Assembly (NCBI GenBank): GCA_964624475.1
Contig: CAZUYC010000136.1
Span: forward strand, 4,040-68,039
DNA length: 64,000 nucleotides
Source of the DNA: an uncultured Spirochaetales bacterium
GTDB taxonomy: Bacteria > Myxococcota_A > UBA9160 > SMWR01
Direction: 5' to 3'
Shown: in pieces, positions 35,540 to 43,678 of the stretch
Position numbering within the stretch: position 1 is the stretch's first letter
Layout of the letters: each line of letters opens with the position of its first letter
Notes under the pieces: model-generated
Database searches by the model: none
What the model saw: the letters and a program-made list of their open reading frames with translations, nothing else
What the model was told of the DNA's origin: nothing
Program-made: the position numbers and the translations under genes

Positions 35540-36362
35540 CGAAGATGCCGCCGTTCACGTGGATCACGCTGCCGTGCACGTAGCTCGCGCGCGTGGCGAG
35601 CCAGGCGACGGCGTCGGCCACTTCCTCGGGGCGGCCCATGCGCTGCATCGGGATGCGGGCCAGGATCGCCTGGCGGAGCTCCTCGGGGAGCTCGGCGGTC
35701 ATCTCGGTGTCGATGAAGCCGGGGGCGACCGAGTTCACGCGGATCTCGCGCCCGGCGAGCTCCTGCGCGAGCGACTTGGTGAAGGCGTCGAGGGCCGCCT
35801 TCACCATCGTGTAGGGGATCTGGCCGGGGTTGCCCGTGTGGCCGACCACGCTCGAGATGTTGATGATGCGGCCGCCGCTCCGGAACATGAAGCGGCGCAG
35901 CACGGCCTTGGTCAGGTACCAGGTGGCGCGCGCCATCGCCGCGACGGCGTCGTAGTCGTCGAGCTTCATCGTGAGCATGGGCGCGTTCACGTTGGTGCCG
36001 GCGTTGTTCACGAGCACGTCGACGCGCCGGGCCCGATCCTTGAGCTCCGCGACGAGGGCGTCGATCTCCTCGGGAATCGCGAGGTCGGCGCGCACCAGGA
36101 AGGCGCCGGGGAGCGCATCGGCGAGCGACCGCGCCGGCGCCTCGCTCGAGCGGTAGTGCACGCCGACGCGGAAGCCCTCGGCGGCGAGCGCGCGGCAGCA
36201 GGCCGCGCCGATCCCGGTGCCGCCGCCGGTGACGAGCGCAACCCGTTCCGTGGCTTCGCTCGCCTCCGGCTCGCTGCGCGGCCCGGCCTCAGCGGGAGCC
36301 CGCACTTCGCTCGGCTTCGCCTCGCTGCGCGCTCCGCTTGCCGGGGCCTTGCTCCCGCTCAA
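35532..36362 (-). CDS. Classical SDR, 3-oxoacyl-ACP reductase (FabG)-like
   Basis: It has VALVTGGGTGIG, NNAG, and the YxxxK motif (YTMVK). The N-terminal 35 codons of the track ORF are repeat-element sequence, so the start is uncertain. Confidence 0.85.
   Translation of the reverse strand: MSGSKAPASGARSEAKPSEVRAPAEAGPRSEPEASEATERVALVTGGGTGIGAACCRALAAEGFRVGVHYRSSEAPARSLADALPGAFLVRADLAIPEEIDALVAELKDRARRVDVLVNNAGTNVNAPMLTMKLDDYDAVAAMARATWYLTKAVLRRFMFRSGGRIINISSVVGHTGNPGQIPYTMVKAALDAFTKSLAQELAGREIRVNSVAPGFIDTEMTAELPEELRQAILARIPMQRMGRPEEVADAVAWLATRASYVHGSVIHVNGGIFGG
36254..36352 (+). repeat. Dispersed GC-rich repeat, 1 truncated plus 1 full unit
   Basis: The truncated unit is CTTCGCTCGCCTCCGGCTCGCTGCGCGGCC. 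The full unit is GGCCTCAGCGGGAGCCCGCACTTCGCTCGGCTTCGCCTCGCTGCGCGCTCCGCTTGCC. Confidence 0.9.
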
Positions 36363-37354
36363 CCGAGCGCGCCCGAGATGTGCTCGCCGCCGTCGGCGCG
36401 GATGATCGCGCCGTTGATCCAGGCGGATTCTTCGCGACAGAGCAGGTAGATCACGTTCGCGACGTCGGCCGGCGTGGTGAGGCGTCCGAAGGGGTTGCGC
36501 AGGCGCGCCTGCGCCTTCAAATGGGTCGAGCCCGGGATCGCGGCGAGGGCCGGCGTCTCGGTGATCCCCGCCTGCACGACGTTGCAGCGGATCCCGTGCG
36601 GCGCGTACTCGACCGCGATCGAGCGCGCGAGCGATTCGAGCGCCACCTTCGCCGCCGCCACCGCGGCGTAGCCCTTCCAGGCCACCTCGTTGCCCTCGCT
36701 GGTCATGCCGAGCACGCGGGCGTCGCGGGCGAAGAGACCTCGGGCGTGCAGCTCCTGCACCCAGCCGAGCAGGCTCGTCCCCATGCTGTGGATCGTGCGC
36801 GCGAAGTCCTCCTCGTCGAGGAAGTGCTTGGCGGGGTAGACCGGGGGGGTGGCGAGCGTCCAGGCCCGGTCGTCACCGGCGGCCAGCCCCTCGTCCGCCG
36901 CCTCGGCGAGCTTCGCCGGATCCACCCCGAGGCGGCGCGCGAGCCGGGCGTCCGGCGCGGCCGTCCGGGGCGCTTGCGGCGTCAGGAGCTTCAGGTTCCC
37001 GAATGCGATCGAGTGGAGCAGCAGGCGCACGCGGCCGGCCTCCCCGAGCGCGCTCGCGATCTCCCCGAGCACGGCGGCGCGCCGCTCCGCGTCGAGGGCG
37101 TCGGTGTTGAAGCTGTGGAAGCGGACCCCGGCGGCGCGGATCTTCTCGAACTCGGGCTCGATGCGCGCGAGCGTGGCGCGCCGGTCGCGGTGCACGACGA
37201 CGAGGCTCATTCCGTGCCGCGCGAGCTTCTGCGCCGTCGCGAGCCCGAATCCGCTCGAGCCGCCGAGGATCACGCCCCACTCGTCCGCCGGGAAGTCGCT
37301 CGCCACGCCGTCCCCTCCGGGCCGCGCGGAGCCTAGCCCCGATCCGGCGCCCAT
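36359..37354 (-). CDS. SDR-superfamily enoyl-reductase-like protein
   Basis: This is the 3' part of track ORF 36359..37648, starting at ATG 37354. The glycine motif is ILGGSSGFGLA. The catalytic spacing is Y-x6-K (YAAVAAAK), as in FabI/FabL-type enoyl reductases. Confidence 0.8.
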   Translation of the reverse strand: MGAGSGLGSARPGGDGVASDFPADEWGVILGGSSGFGLATAQKLARHGMSLVVVHRDRRATLARIEPEFEKIRAAGVRFHSFNTDALDAERRAAVLGEIASALGEAGRVRLLLHSIAFGNLKLLTPQAPRTAAPDARLARRLGVDPAKLAEAADEGLAAGDDRAWTLATPPVYPAKHFLDEEDFARTIHSMGTSLLGWVQELHARGLFARDARVLGMTSEGNEVAWKGYAAVAAAKVALESLARSIAVEYAPHGIRCNVVQAGITETPALAAIPGSTHLKAQARLRNPFGRLTTPADVANVIYLLCREESAWINGAIIRADGGEHISGALG

Positions 37355-37417
37355 GCCGCCGCGGCGGCGAGCTAGACTCCACGATTCTCCGCCGGGGGCG
37401 GGAGCCGAGGAGTGTCG

Positions 37418-38179
37418 ATGCCGGAGCGGACTCGGATCGTCGGGAGCTACCTCTCGCCCTACGTGCGCAAGGTGCTGGTCTGCCTCGAGCTGAAGGGAGT
37501 GGCGTACGAGATCGACCCGATCGTGCCCTTCTTCGGCGACGAGCGCTTCTCCGCGTCGAGCCCGCTGCGGCGCGTCCCCGTCCTGATCGACGATCGCGTC
37601 ACGCTCTCGGACTCCTCCGTCATCTGCCAGTACCTCGAGGACCGCCACCCGGAGCCCTCGCTCTACCCGCGCGACGTGGCCGCGCGCGCCCGGGCGCGCT
37701 GGCTCGAGGAGTACGCGGACACGCGCATGGGAGACGTCTTCATCTGGCGCCTCTTCAACGAGGTCGCGATCCGGCCGAGGGTGTGGGGCGAGAAGACCGA
37801 CGAGGCGCTCGTGGCGAGGACGCTCGCGGAGGACGTCCCCGGCGTGCTCGACTACCTCGAGGCGGAGCTCCCGTCGGCGGGCTTCGCCTGCGGCGACCTC
37901 TCGATCGCGGACGTCGCGATCGCCGCCTTCTTCCGCAACGCCGCCTTCGCGCGCTTCCGCATCGACGCCGAGCGCTGGCCCAGGACCGCGGGGCTCGTGG
38001 ATCGCACCCTCGAGAGCGAGGGGTTCCGGCGGCTCGCGCCCTTCGAGGAGCGCCTGCTCCGCACGCGCATCCCCGAGCAGCGGGCCGCACTCGCGAGCAT
38101 CGGGGCGCCGCTCACGGCCGAGACCTGGGCGACCGCGACCCCGCGGCGCGGGTTCGCGCCGGTTCGAGAAGCGGGATGA
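37418..38179 (+). CDS. Glutathione S-transferase family protein
   Basis: The N-terminal thioredoxin-like region is SPYVRKVLVCLELKG...VPVL...SSVICQYLE. GAGGAG lies 6 nt before ATG 37418. The track start GTG 37412 is also possible. Confidence 0.85.
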   Translation: MPERTRIVGSYLSPYVRKVLVCLELKGVAYEIDPIVPFFGDERFSASSPLRRVPVLIDDRVTLSDSSVICQYLEDRHPEPSLYPRDVAARARARWLEEYADTRMGDVFIWRLFNEVAIRPRVWGEKTDEALVARTLAEDVPGVLDYLEAELPSAGFACGDLSIADVAIAAFFRNAAFARFRIDAERWPRTAGLVDRTLESEGFRRLAPFEERLLRTRIPEQRAALASIGAPLTAETWATATPRRGFAPVREAG

Positions 38180-38634
38180 GCGCGGCGGGCGATCCCGTGC
38201 GCGCCGCGGGCCTGCTGCTCTGCCTCGCCGCGCTCGCCTGCGCGTCGGCGCTGCGACCGCTGACCGATGCCGATGCGATCGCCGGCGCTCGCGCGCTCGA
38301 CACCTCGTACCGCGTCAAGGACCGGGTGACCGTTCCCGGGCCGGAGACCCGCGAGTACGTGCTCCCCGTCGGCGAGTACCGGCCGAGACACGCCGACGAC
38401 GAGGGCATCTTCTACGCCTCGGCGAGCGGCGTGATCGAGCGCGCGGGGTTCTCGAAGCGCATCGTCGCCGGGGGCATCTACGTCGCCAACGCGCCGGGCC
38501 GCCCCTTCGAACATCCGCTGCTCTACGTCGAGCTCGACGGGGACGTCGCGAAGCTCCCGCTGCCCCAGGCGGTGCTCCGGGGCTACGGCTCGACGCTCGC
38601 CTTCGCGGTGGACGGGGAGGAGCTGGTACCCTGA
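38176..38634 (+). CDS. Hypothetical lipoprotein/secreted protein
   Basis: This is the 3' part of track ORF 37783..38634. ATG 38176 overlaps the GST stop (ATGA). The signal-like sequence is AAGLLLCLAALAC. Confidence 0.65.
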   Translation: MSAAGDPVRAAGLLLCLAALACASALRPLTDADAIAGARALDTSYRVKDRVTVPGPETREYVLPVGEYRPRHADDEGIFYASASGVIERAGFSKRIVAGGIYVANAPGRPFEHPLLYVELDGDVAKLPLPQAVLRGYGSTLAFAVDGEELVP

Positions 38635-38635
38635 C

Positions 38636-39238
38636 GTGGCGATGCGCCCTCCGGCCTGGATCCTCGCGATCGCCGCGTCGGAGATCGCCTGCGCCGGGGT
38701 AGGGCTCCCGGCGCTTCCCGTCTGCCCGGCGGCGGGGCTGCGCCCGCTCCCCGAGTCGAGCTGCGAGCTCGACGAGGACGTCGCCGACTACAAGCGCGAC
38801 ACGGTGCTGACACTCTGGAGCTACGTGGGGTCCGGGTCGCCGCGGCTCCCGATCGTGATCGAGCTCGACGGCCGGGCGCGCGTCGAGTCGGTGTGCCTCG
38901 AGGAGGGCGTCTCCCTCGGCAGCCGGGCCCGCGAGCAGCTCGACCGCGCGATCCGGACGCTGCGCGCCATGCGGCCGGCGCCCGCGTGCCTGGCGGGGAC
39001 GCGCCTCGAGCTCGCCGAGGACTTCGCCGACGCGAGCCGGGGCTGGCGCCGGAAGACGCGCGCGCTCCCCGAGGTCGAGGAGTTCTGCCTCCGCAGCCAG
39101 CAGGGCTGCGTGGGGTGGAACGAGCCCGTCTGCGCGCTCCTCAACGACGGGAGCCGGGAGACCTACCGCGACGCCTGCCAGGCGTGCCGCGACCCGAACG
39201 TCCGGGGCTACGACGAGGGGCGCTGTCAGCTTCCGTGA
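38636..39238 (+). CDS. Secreted Cys-rich protein with C-terminal Kazal-like domain
   Basis: It has an N-terminal hydrophobic segment. The C-terminal sequence C-x7-C(PVC)-x10-Y-x3-C-x2-C-x12-C (CVGWNEPVCALLNDGSRETYRDACQACRDPNVRGYDEGRC) fits Kazal cysteine spacing apart from a longer C3-Y loop. Confidence 0.65.
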   Translation: MAMRPPAWILAIAASEIACAGVGLPALPVCPAAGLRPLPESSCELDEDVADYKRDTVLTLWSYVGSGSPRLPIVIELDGRARVESVCLEEGVSLGSRAREQLDRAIRTLRAMRPAPACLAGTRLELAEDFADASRGWRRKTRALPEVEEFCLRSQQGCVGWNEPVCALLNDGSRETYRDACQACRDPNVRGYDEGRCQLP

Positions 39239-40736
39239 CTCCGCTCGCCTGCTCGAACGCGTGCGCCGCGCGGTAGAGCGTGGACTCCTCGAAGCGGCGC
39301 CCGACGAGCATCATGCCGATCGGGAGGCCTTCGCTCTCGCCGCAGGGAAGCGAGAGCGCCGGGTGGTGCGTGTGGTTGAAGATCATGGTGTTGGCGGGAG
39401 GGGCGAAGGCGGCCTGGATCACGGCCTCGCGCGGGGCGCCCGGCGGCGGGAGCGGCATCGCCTTCATCGGCGTGGTGGGGAGCACCAGGAGGTCGACGCG
39501 CCCGAACGCCTCGTCGTAGCTGGCCCGCGCGCGTCGCACGAAGTTCACGGCCTTCGCCCAGTAGCGGAAGCCGTGGCGCTTGCGCATGAGCTCCGTCCCG
39601 AGCAGCAGGAACTTGACCGTGTCGGGGAGCGCGTCCGCGCGCTCGCGCCAGGCGTGCAGGCGGTCGACGAGGCTCGGGACGCAGAGGTCCTCGTGCCCGA
39701 GGGCGCAGCCGTCGGCGTGGAAGAGCAGGAAGGCCCCGGACTGCTGCACCGGGAAGACGAGGGCCGCCGCGATCGGGTGGAGCGGGATCGAGACCTCCTC
39801 GACCTTGGCGCCGAGCCGCTCGAAGCGCCGCGCCGCGGCGCGCACGCCCGCGTCGACGTCGGGCTCCGAGTTCGCGTGGCCGAAGCCCTCGCGCAGCACG
39901 CCGATGCGCAGGCCCTCGGCGCCGCGCGGGGTCGCGGCGACGTAGTCGTCGGTGCGGACGCCGCCCTGGCGCGGGTCGAAGCCGTCGGGGCCCGCGATCG
40001 CCTGGAGCAGCAGGGCGTTGTCGGCGACCGTGCGCGTGATCGGCCCGGCGTGGTCGATCGTCGGCTCGAGCGAGAGGATCCCCGTGTACGGGACCAGGCC
40101 GTGAGTGGGCTTCATGCCCACGACGCCGCAGAAGGACGCGGGCACGCGGATCGAGCCGCCCTGGTCGCAGCCGATCGCCATGTCGACCTCTCCGGCGGCG
40201 ACGAGGGCCGCGCTCCCCGACGACGACCCCCCCGCGGAGCGCGAAGGGTCGCGCGGGTTGCGCACCGGGCCCGTGTCGGCGGTGTGGCTCCCGCCCGAGA
40301 AGCACCACGACTCGCACACTGCCTTGCCGGTGATCGTGCCGCCCGCGTCCAGGATGCGCGTCACGACGGTCGCGTCGATCGGCGGCACGTAGCCCTCGAG
40401 CAGCGTCGTCCCGTTCATCATCGGGACGCCCGCCACGAGCACGTTGTCCTTGAGCGCGACCGTGCGGCCCGCGAGGGGCCCCTTCGCGGCGCCCTCGATC
40501 CGCGTCTTCACGTACCAGGCTCCGAGCGGGTTCTCCTCGGGCGGCGGCCGCACGCCGGGCGTGCGCGGATGGCGCACGGGCGGGAACTCGTCGGGAAGGG
40601 TGTCGAGGAGCGAGGCGGTCGCGCCGAAGGTCGCGAGCAGCTTCTGGAAGAAAGCGATGTCGGGCGCGTCGAAGTGCAGGCCGAGCTCGCGCGCGATCGC
40701 CTCCACCTCGGCCGTCGTCGGGGGGTGGTGCGCCAT
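39141..40736 (-). CDS. Amidase (amidase signature family)
   Basis: The AS motif is GGSSSGSAALVAAGEVDMAIGCDQGGSIRVPASFCG. The last 30 or so codons are Arg/Gly/Pro-rich and overlap the convergent gene. Confidence 0.9.
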   Translation of the reverse strand: MAHHPPTTAEVEAIARELGLHFDAPDIAFFQKLLATFGATASLLDTLPDEFPPVRHPRTPGVRPPPEENPLGAWYVKTRIEGAAKGPLAGRTVALKDNVLVAGVPMMNGTTLLEGYVPPIDATVVTRILDAGGTITGKAVCESWCFSGGSHTADTGPVRNPRDPSRSAGGSSSGSAALVAAGEVDMAIGCDQGGSIRVPASFCGVVGMKPTHGLVPYTGILSLEPTIDHAGPITRTVADNALLLQAIAGPDGFDPRQGGVRTDDYVAATPRGAEGLRIGVLREGFGHANSEPDVDAGVRAAARRFERLGAKVEEVSIPLHPIAAALVFPVQQSGAFLLFHADGCALGHEDLCVPSLVDRLHAWRERADALPDTVKFLLLGTELMRKRHGFRYWAKAVNFVRRARASYDEAFGRVDLLVLPTTPMKAMPLPPPGAPREAVIQAAFAPPANTMIFNHTHHPALSLPCGESEGLPIGMMLVGRRFEESTLYRAAHAFEQASGVTEADSAPRRSPGRSGRGTPGRRRGRSPGSRR

Positions 40737-40807
40737 GGGATCCTCCGCAGCGCAGGGTACCGCGGCCTCCCGCGCAGGGTCGCCCGCGCTCTCAGGGCCG
40801 CCCGTTC

Positions 40808-43678
40808 TCAGCGCGGGGCCGATTCCGCCGCGATCGCGCCCACCTCCGCGAGCAGCCGCCCGAGGTCGCCGATCCGCGCCACGCGGATCGGGCAGCCGGG
40901 CGGGAGCGCCTCGGCGAGGCGCGCGAAGTAACGCCTGTCGGCGCGCGCCTCGACGATCACGGCGATCCCGCGGTCCTCCTCGCTGCGGATCAGCCGCCCC
41001 GTCATCTGCTTCAGGTTGAGCAGCATCCTACCGAGCGCCGCCCGCTCGAAGGGGTCGTCGCCGGCCTCGCGCAGCCTTGCATCGCGGCGGCGCCGCAGCT
41101 CCGTCGGCACCTCGAAGGGGAGCTTCTCGATCACGACCGCTTGGAGCGCGGAGCCCGGGATGTCGAGGCCCTGCCAGAAGGTCCGGGCGCCGAGCAGCAC
41201 GCCGGCGCCGCCCGAGCGCTGGAAGCGCTCGACGAGCGCCGCCGGATCGTCGTGCATGCGCCGCGGGAGCAGCACCTCGAGGCCCTCGCCGCGCAGCCGC
41301 TCCGAGAGCCGTTCCGCCGCGTCGCGCATGCGCCGCAGGCTCGTGAAGAGGCCGAGCGTGCGGCCGCCGAGGAGCTTCGCGAGCGCCGCGAGCGTCTCCA
41401 CGGTGTCGCCGACGAGGTCGGCGCCCGGCTCGAGCGCGACCGCGCGCATGTGCTCGGCATACGGAAACGGGCTCGCGACGCTCACGCGCCGGGCCTTCCT
41501 TCCGTGGCGGGACTCGAGCCCGAGCTCGCCCAGGGCGGCGAACGCGTCGCCGCCGACGAAGAGGCTCGCCGACACGCAGGCCAGCGACTCGAGCGAGTCG
41601 GCGAAGCGCTCGTGGAAGAGCTCGGCCAGCGCGACCGGACGCACGACGAGGCGCCAGCGGTCGAAGGGCACCGAGAGCTCCTCGAAGGCCGCGACCGCGT
41701 CGTCGTTCCCCTCGAAGAAGGCGCCGCGCAGCGCGCGCGCCGCGTCGCGCAGCTCGGCCGCGGCTCGCGTGGCCGCGTCGTCGCGCTCGGAGGGGGCCCC
41801 GGCCGCGAGCTCCTGCGCCTGGCGCGCCACGAGCTCGAGCCGCTCGGCGGCCCGCTCCGCGAGCGCGGCGGCGGCCGGATGCGCGCGGTCCGCCTGGGCC
41901 GGGAGCTCGAGCTCCCCGTACTCGCCGGCCCGCTCGCCGAGAGCCCGGCCGAGCGCCACGAGGTCCTGCTGGATCCCGCGCCGCCACGCGCGCAGGTCGG
42001 CCTGGAGCGCGCGCAGGGCCGCGCGCGGCAGGAGCGACGCCTCGGCGACGCGGAAGCGGGCCGGCCCGGTCCCCTCGGCCGGCCGCCCGAAGAGCTCGTC
42101 GAAGCGCTCGAGCACCTCGACCGGGCGCACCTCCGCGGCGAAGACCTCGTCGGCGACGCCCGCGAGGTCGTGCGCCTCGTCGACGATGGCGTGGGTGATG
42201 CGCGGATAGTCGGGCGGCCAGCGCAGCAGGAGGTCGTGGTTCGCGACCGCAAGATGGGCCGAGGCGAGCGCCTGGCGGCGCCGGCCGAAGGGGCAGCTCC
42301 GCTCCTGCGCGCAGAGCTCGCGCGTACACTGCTCGGCGCGCTGCGCGACCGAGCGGCGGACGAGGTCGCGCAGCGGCGCGAAGCGATGCAGGAGCGCGCC
42401 GGGCAGGGCCCCCACCTCGCCGAGGCGGCGCGTGCGGGCGCAGGCGACGAGCGCCGCGTACGCGAGCCGGTCGGCGGCGAAGATCCGCGGCTCGCGGCCC
42501 TCCGCGCGTACCTGCTCGAAGCGGCGCGCGCAGAGGTAGTTGGCGCGACCCTTGATCGAGAGCGCCCGCAGCTCCGGGTAGCCGAGCATCGCAGCCGCCG
42601 CGGGGATGTCCTTGCCGAGGAGCTGGTCCTGGAGGAGCTTGGTGCGCGTCGAGATGACGATCGGGTCGCGGAGGTCCTGCTCCGCGCGCAGCACCGCGAA
42701 GGGGATCGCCGCGGCGAGATAGGCCAGCGACTTCCCGACTCCCGTCCCGCCTTCGAGGAGCAGCGTCCCGCCCTTCCCGAGGGTACGGGCGAACTCGCGC
42801 GCCATCCGCACCTGCTCTTCGCGCACGCGGTAGCCGGGAAAGTGGCGGCGGCCGAGCGCCTCGTCGGCGAGCGCCGCGGCGATCGCGTCCTCGTCGAAGG
42901 GGACGCGCGCCTCCTCGGCGGGAGGGATGCAGACGAAGTGCGCCGCGGGCGGGGCGTCGCGCAGCGCCGGGGCTCCCGCGAGGAGCGGGAGCCAGGGCGA
43001 CTCTGGCGCGTAGCCGTCGAGGGCGTCGCGCGCGGTGGCGTAGCGCGCCTCGCCGGCGCGCGCCCCGGTCGCGGTGGCCGAGAGCACGCGCAGCGTGTCG
43101 AGGGCGTCGGAGAGCGCGCGGTGGCGCTCCTCCCTCCCGAGCAGCTCGCGCGTGAAGCTCTCGAGCCGCAGGTCCGACGCGTCGGGGTGGGTGACGGCGA
43201 GCAGATCCTGCGTGTCGAGGTAGCGGGCGTGGCCGAGCTCCGGCGCCACCTGGCTCGCGAGGAAGTGCCGCTCGAACTCCGCGTTGTGGGCGACGAGCGT
43301 GCGGTCGGCGAGGGCGCCGGCGATCGCCTTCGCGACGTCCTCGATGCGTGGAGCGCCCGCGAGGTCGGCCGCCGCGAGGCCCGTGAGGCGCTGCACCGCG
43401 CGCGGGAGCGGCCCCCGCGGCTCGACCAGGGCCTCGAGCGTCACGACCAGGGGCTCGCCGGGCGTGAGCAGCACGACGCCGACCTCGATGATCTCGGCGC
43501 CCGCGTCGACCGCGAGGCCCGTGGTCTCGAGGTCCACGACGGCGAGCGGCCCGTGGGCCGCGAGCAGGGGAGCCAGCGCCGAGAGATCGACGCCGAGCTC
43601 CGAGGGATCGCGCCGCTCGCAGCGCAGGGGAGCGAGCGGGCTCTCCGGGGGACCCGAACCGCTAGACGTAGATCCCAC
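40808..43678 (-). CDS. dinG: DinG-family helicase fused to N-terminal DnaQ-like 3'-5' exonuclease
   Basis: The exonuclease motifs are VVDLETTGL and AHNAEFERHFL. The helicase motifs are GTGVGKS and VDEAHDL. A Cys cluster (CTRELCAQERSCPF) is consistent with the DinG Fe-S domain. Confidence 0.9.
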   Translation of the reverse strand: MGSTSSGSGPPESPLAPLRCERRDPSELGVDLSALAPLLAAHGPLAVVDLETTGLAVDAGAEIIEVGVVLLTPGEPLVVTLEALVEPRGPLPRAVQRLTGLAAADLAGAPRIEDVAKAIAGALADRTLVAHNAEFERHFLASQVAPELGHARYLDTQDLLAVTHPDASDLRLESFTRELLGREERHRALSDALDTLRVLSATATGARAGEARYATARDALDGYAPESPWLPLLAGAPALRDAPPAAHFVCIPPAEEARVPFDEDAIAAALADEALGRRHFPGYRVREEQVRMAREFARTLGKGGTLLLEGGTGVGKSLAYLAAAIPFAVLRAEQDLRDPIVISTRTKLLQDQLLGKDIPAAAAMLGYPELRALSIKGRANYLCARRFEQVRAEGREPRIFAADRLAYAALVACARTRRLGEVGALPGALLHRFAPLRDLVRRSVAQRAEQCTRELCAQERSCPFGRRRQALASAHLAVANHDLLLRWPPDYPRITHAIVDEAHDLAGVADEVFAAEVRPVEVLERFDELFGRPAEGTGPARFRVAEASLLPRAALRALQADLRAWRRGIQQDLVALGRALGERAGEYGELELPAQADRAHPAAAALAERAAERLELVARQAQELAAGAPSERDDAATRAAAELRDAARALRGAFFEGNDDAVAAFEELSVPFDRWRLVVRPVALAELFHERFADSLESLACVSASLFVGGDAFAALGELGLESRHGRKARRVSVASPFPYAEHMRAVALEPGADLVGDTVETLAALAKLLGGRTLGLFTSLRRMRDAAERLSERLRGEGLEVLLPRRMHDDPAALVERFQRSGGAGVLLGARTFWQGLDIPGSALQAVVIEKLPFEVPTELRRRRDARLREAGDDPFERAALGRMLLNLKQMTGRLIRSEEDRGIAVIVEARADRRYFARLAEALPPGCPIRVARIGDLGRLLAEVGAIAAESAPR

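Noticed and set aside
35403-36352. Repeats flanking the FabG-like gene read as integron attC sites or a gene cassette.
   Set aside because: There are no RYYYAAC/GTTRRRY core sites, no imperfect long inverted-repeat structure typical of attC, and no intI gene. The same repeat occurs at unrelated intergenic sites.
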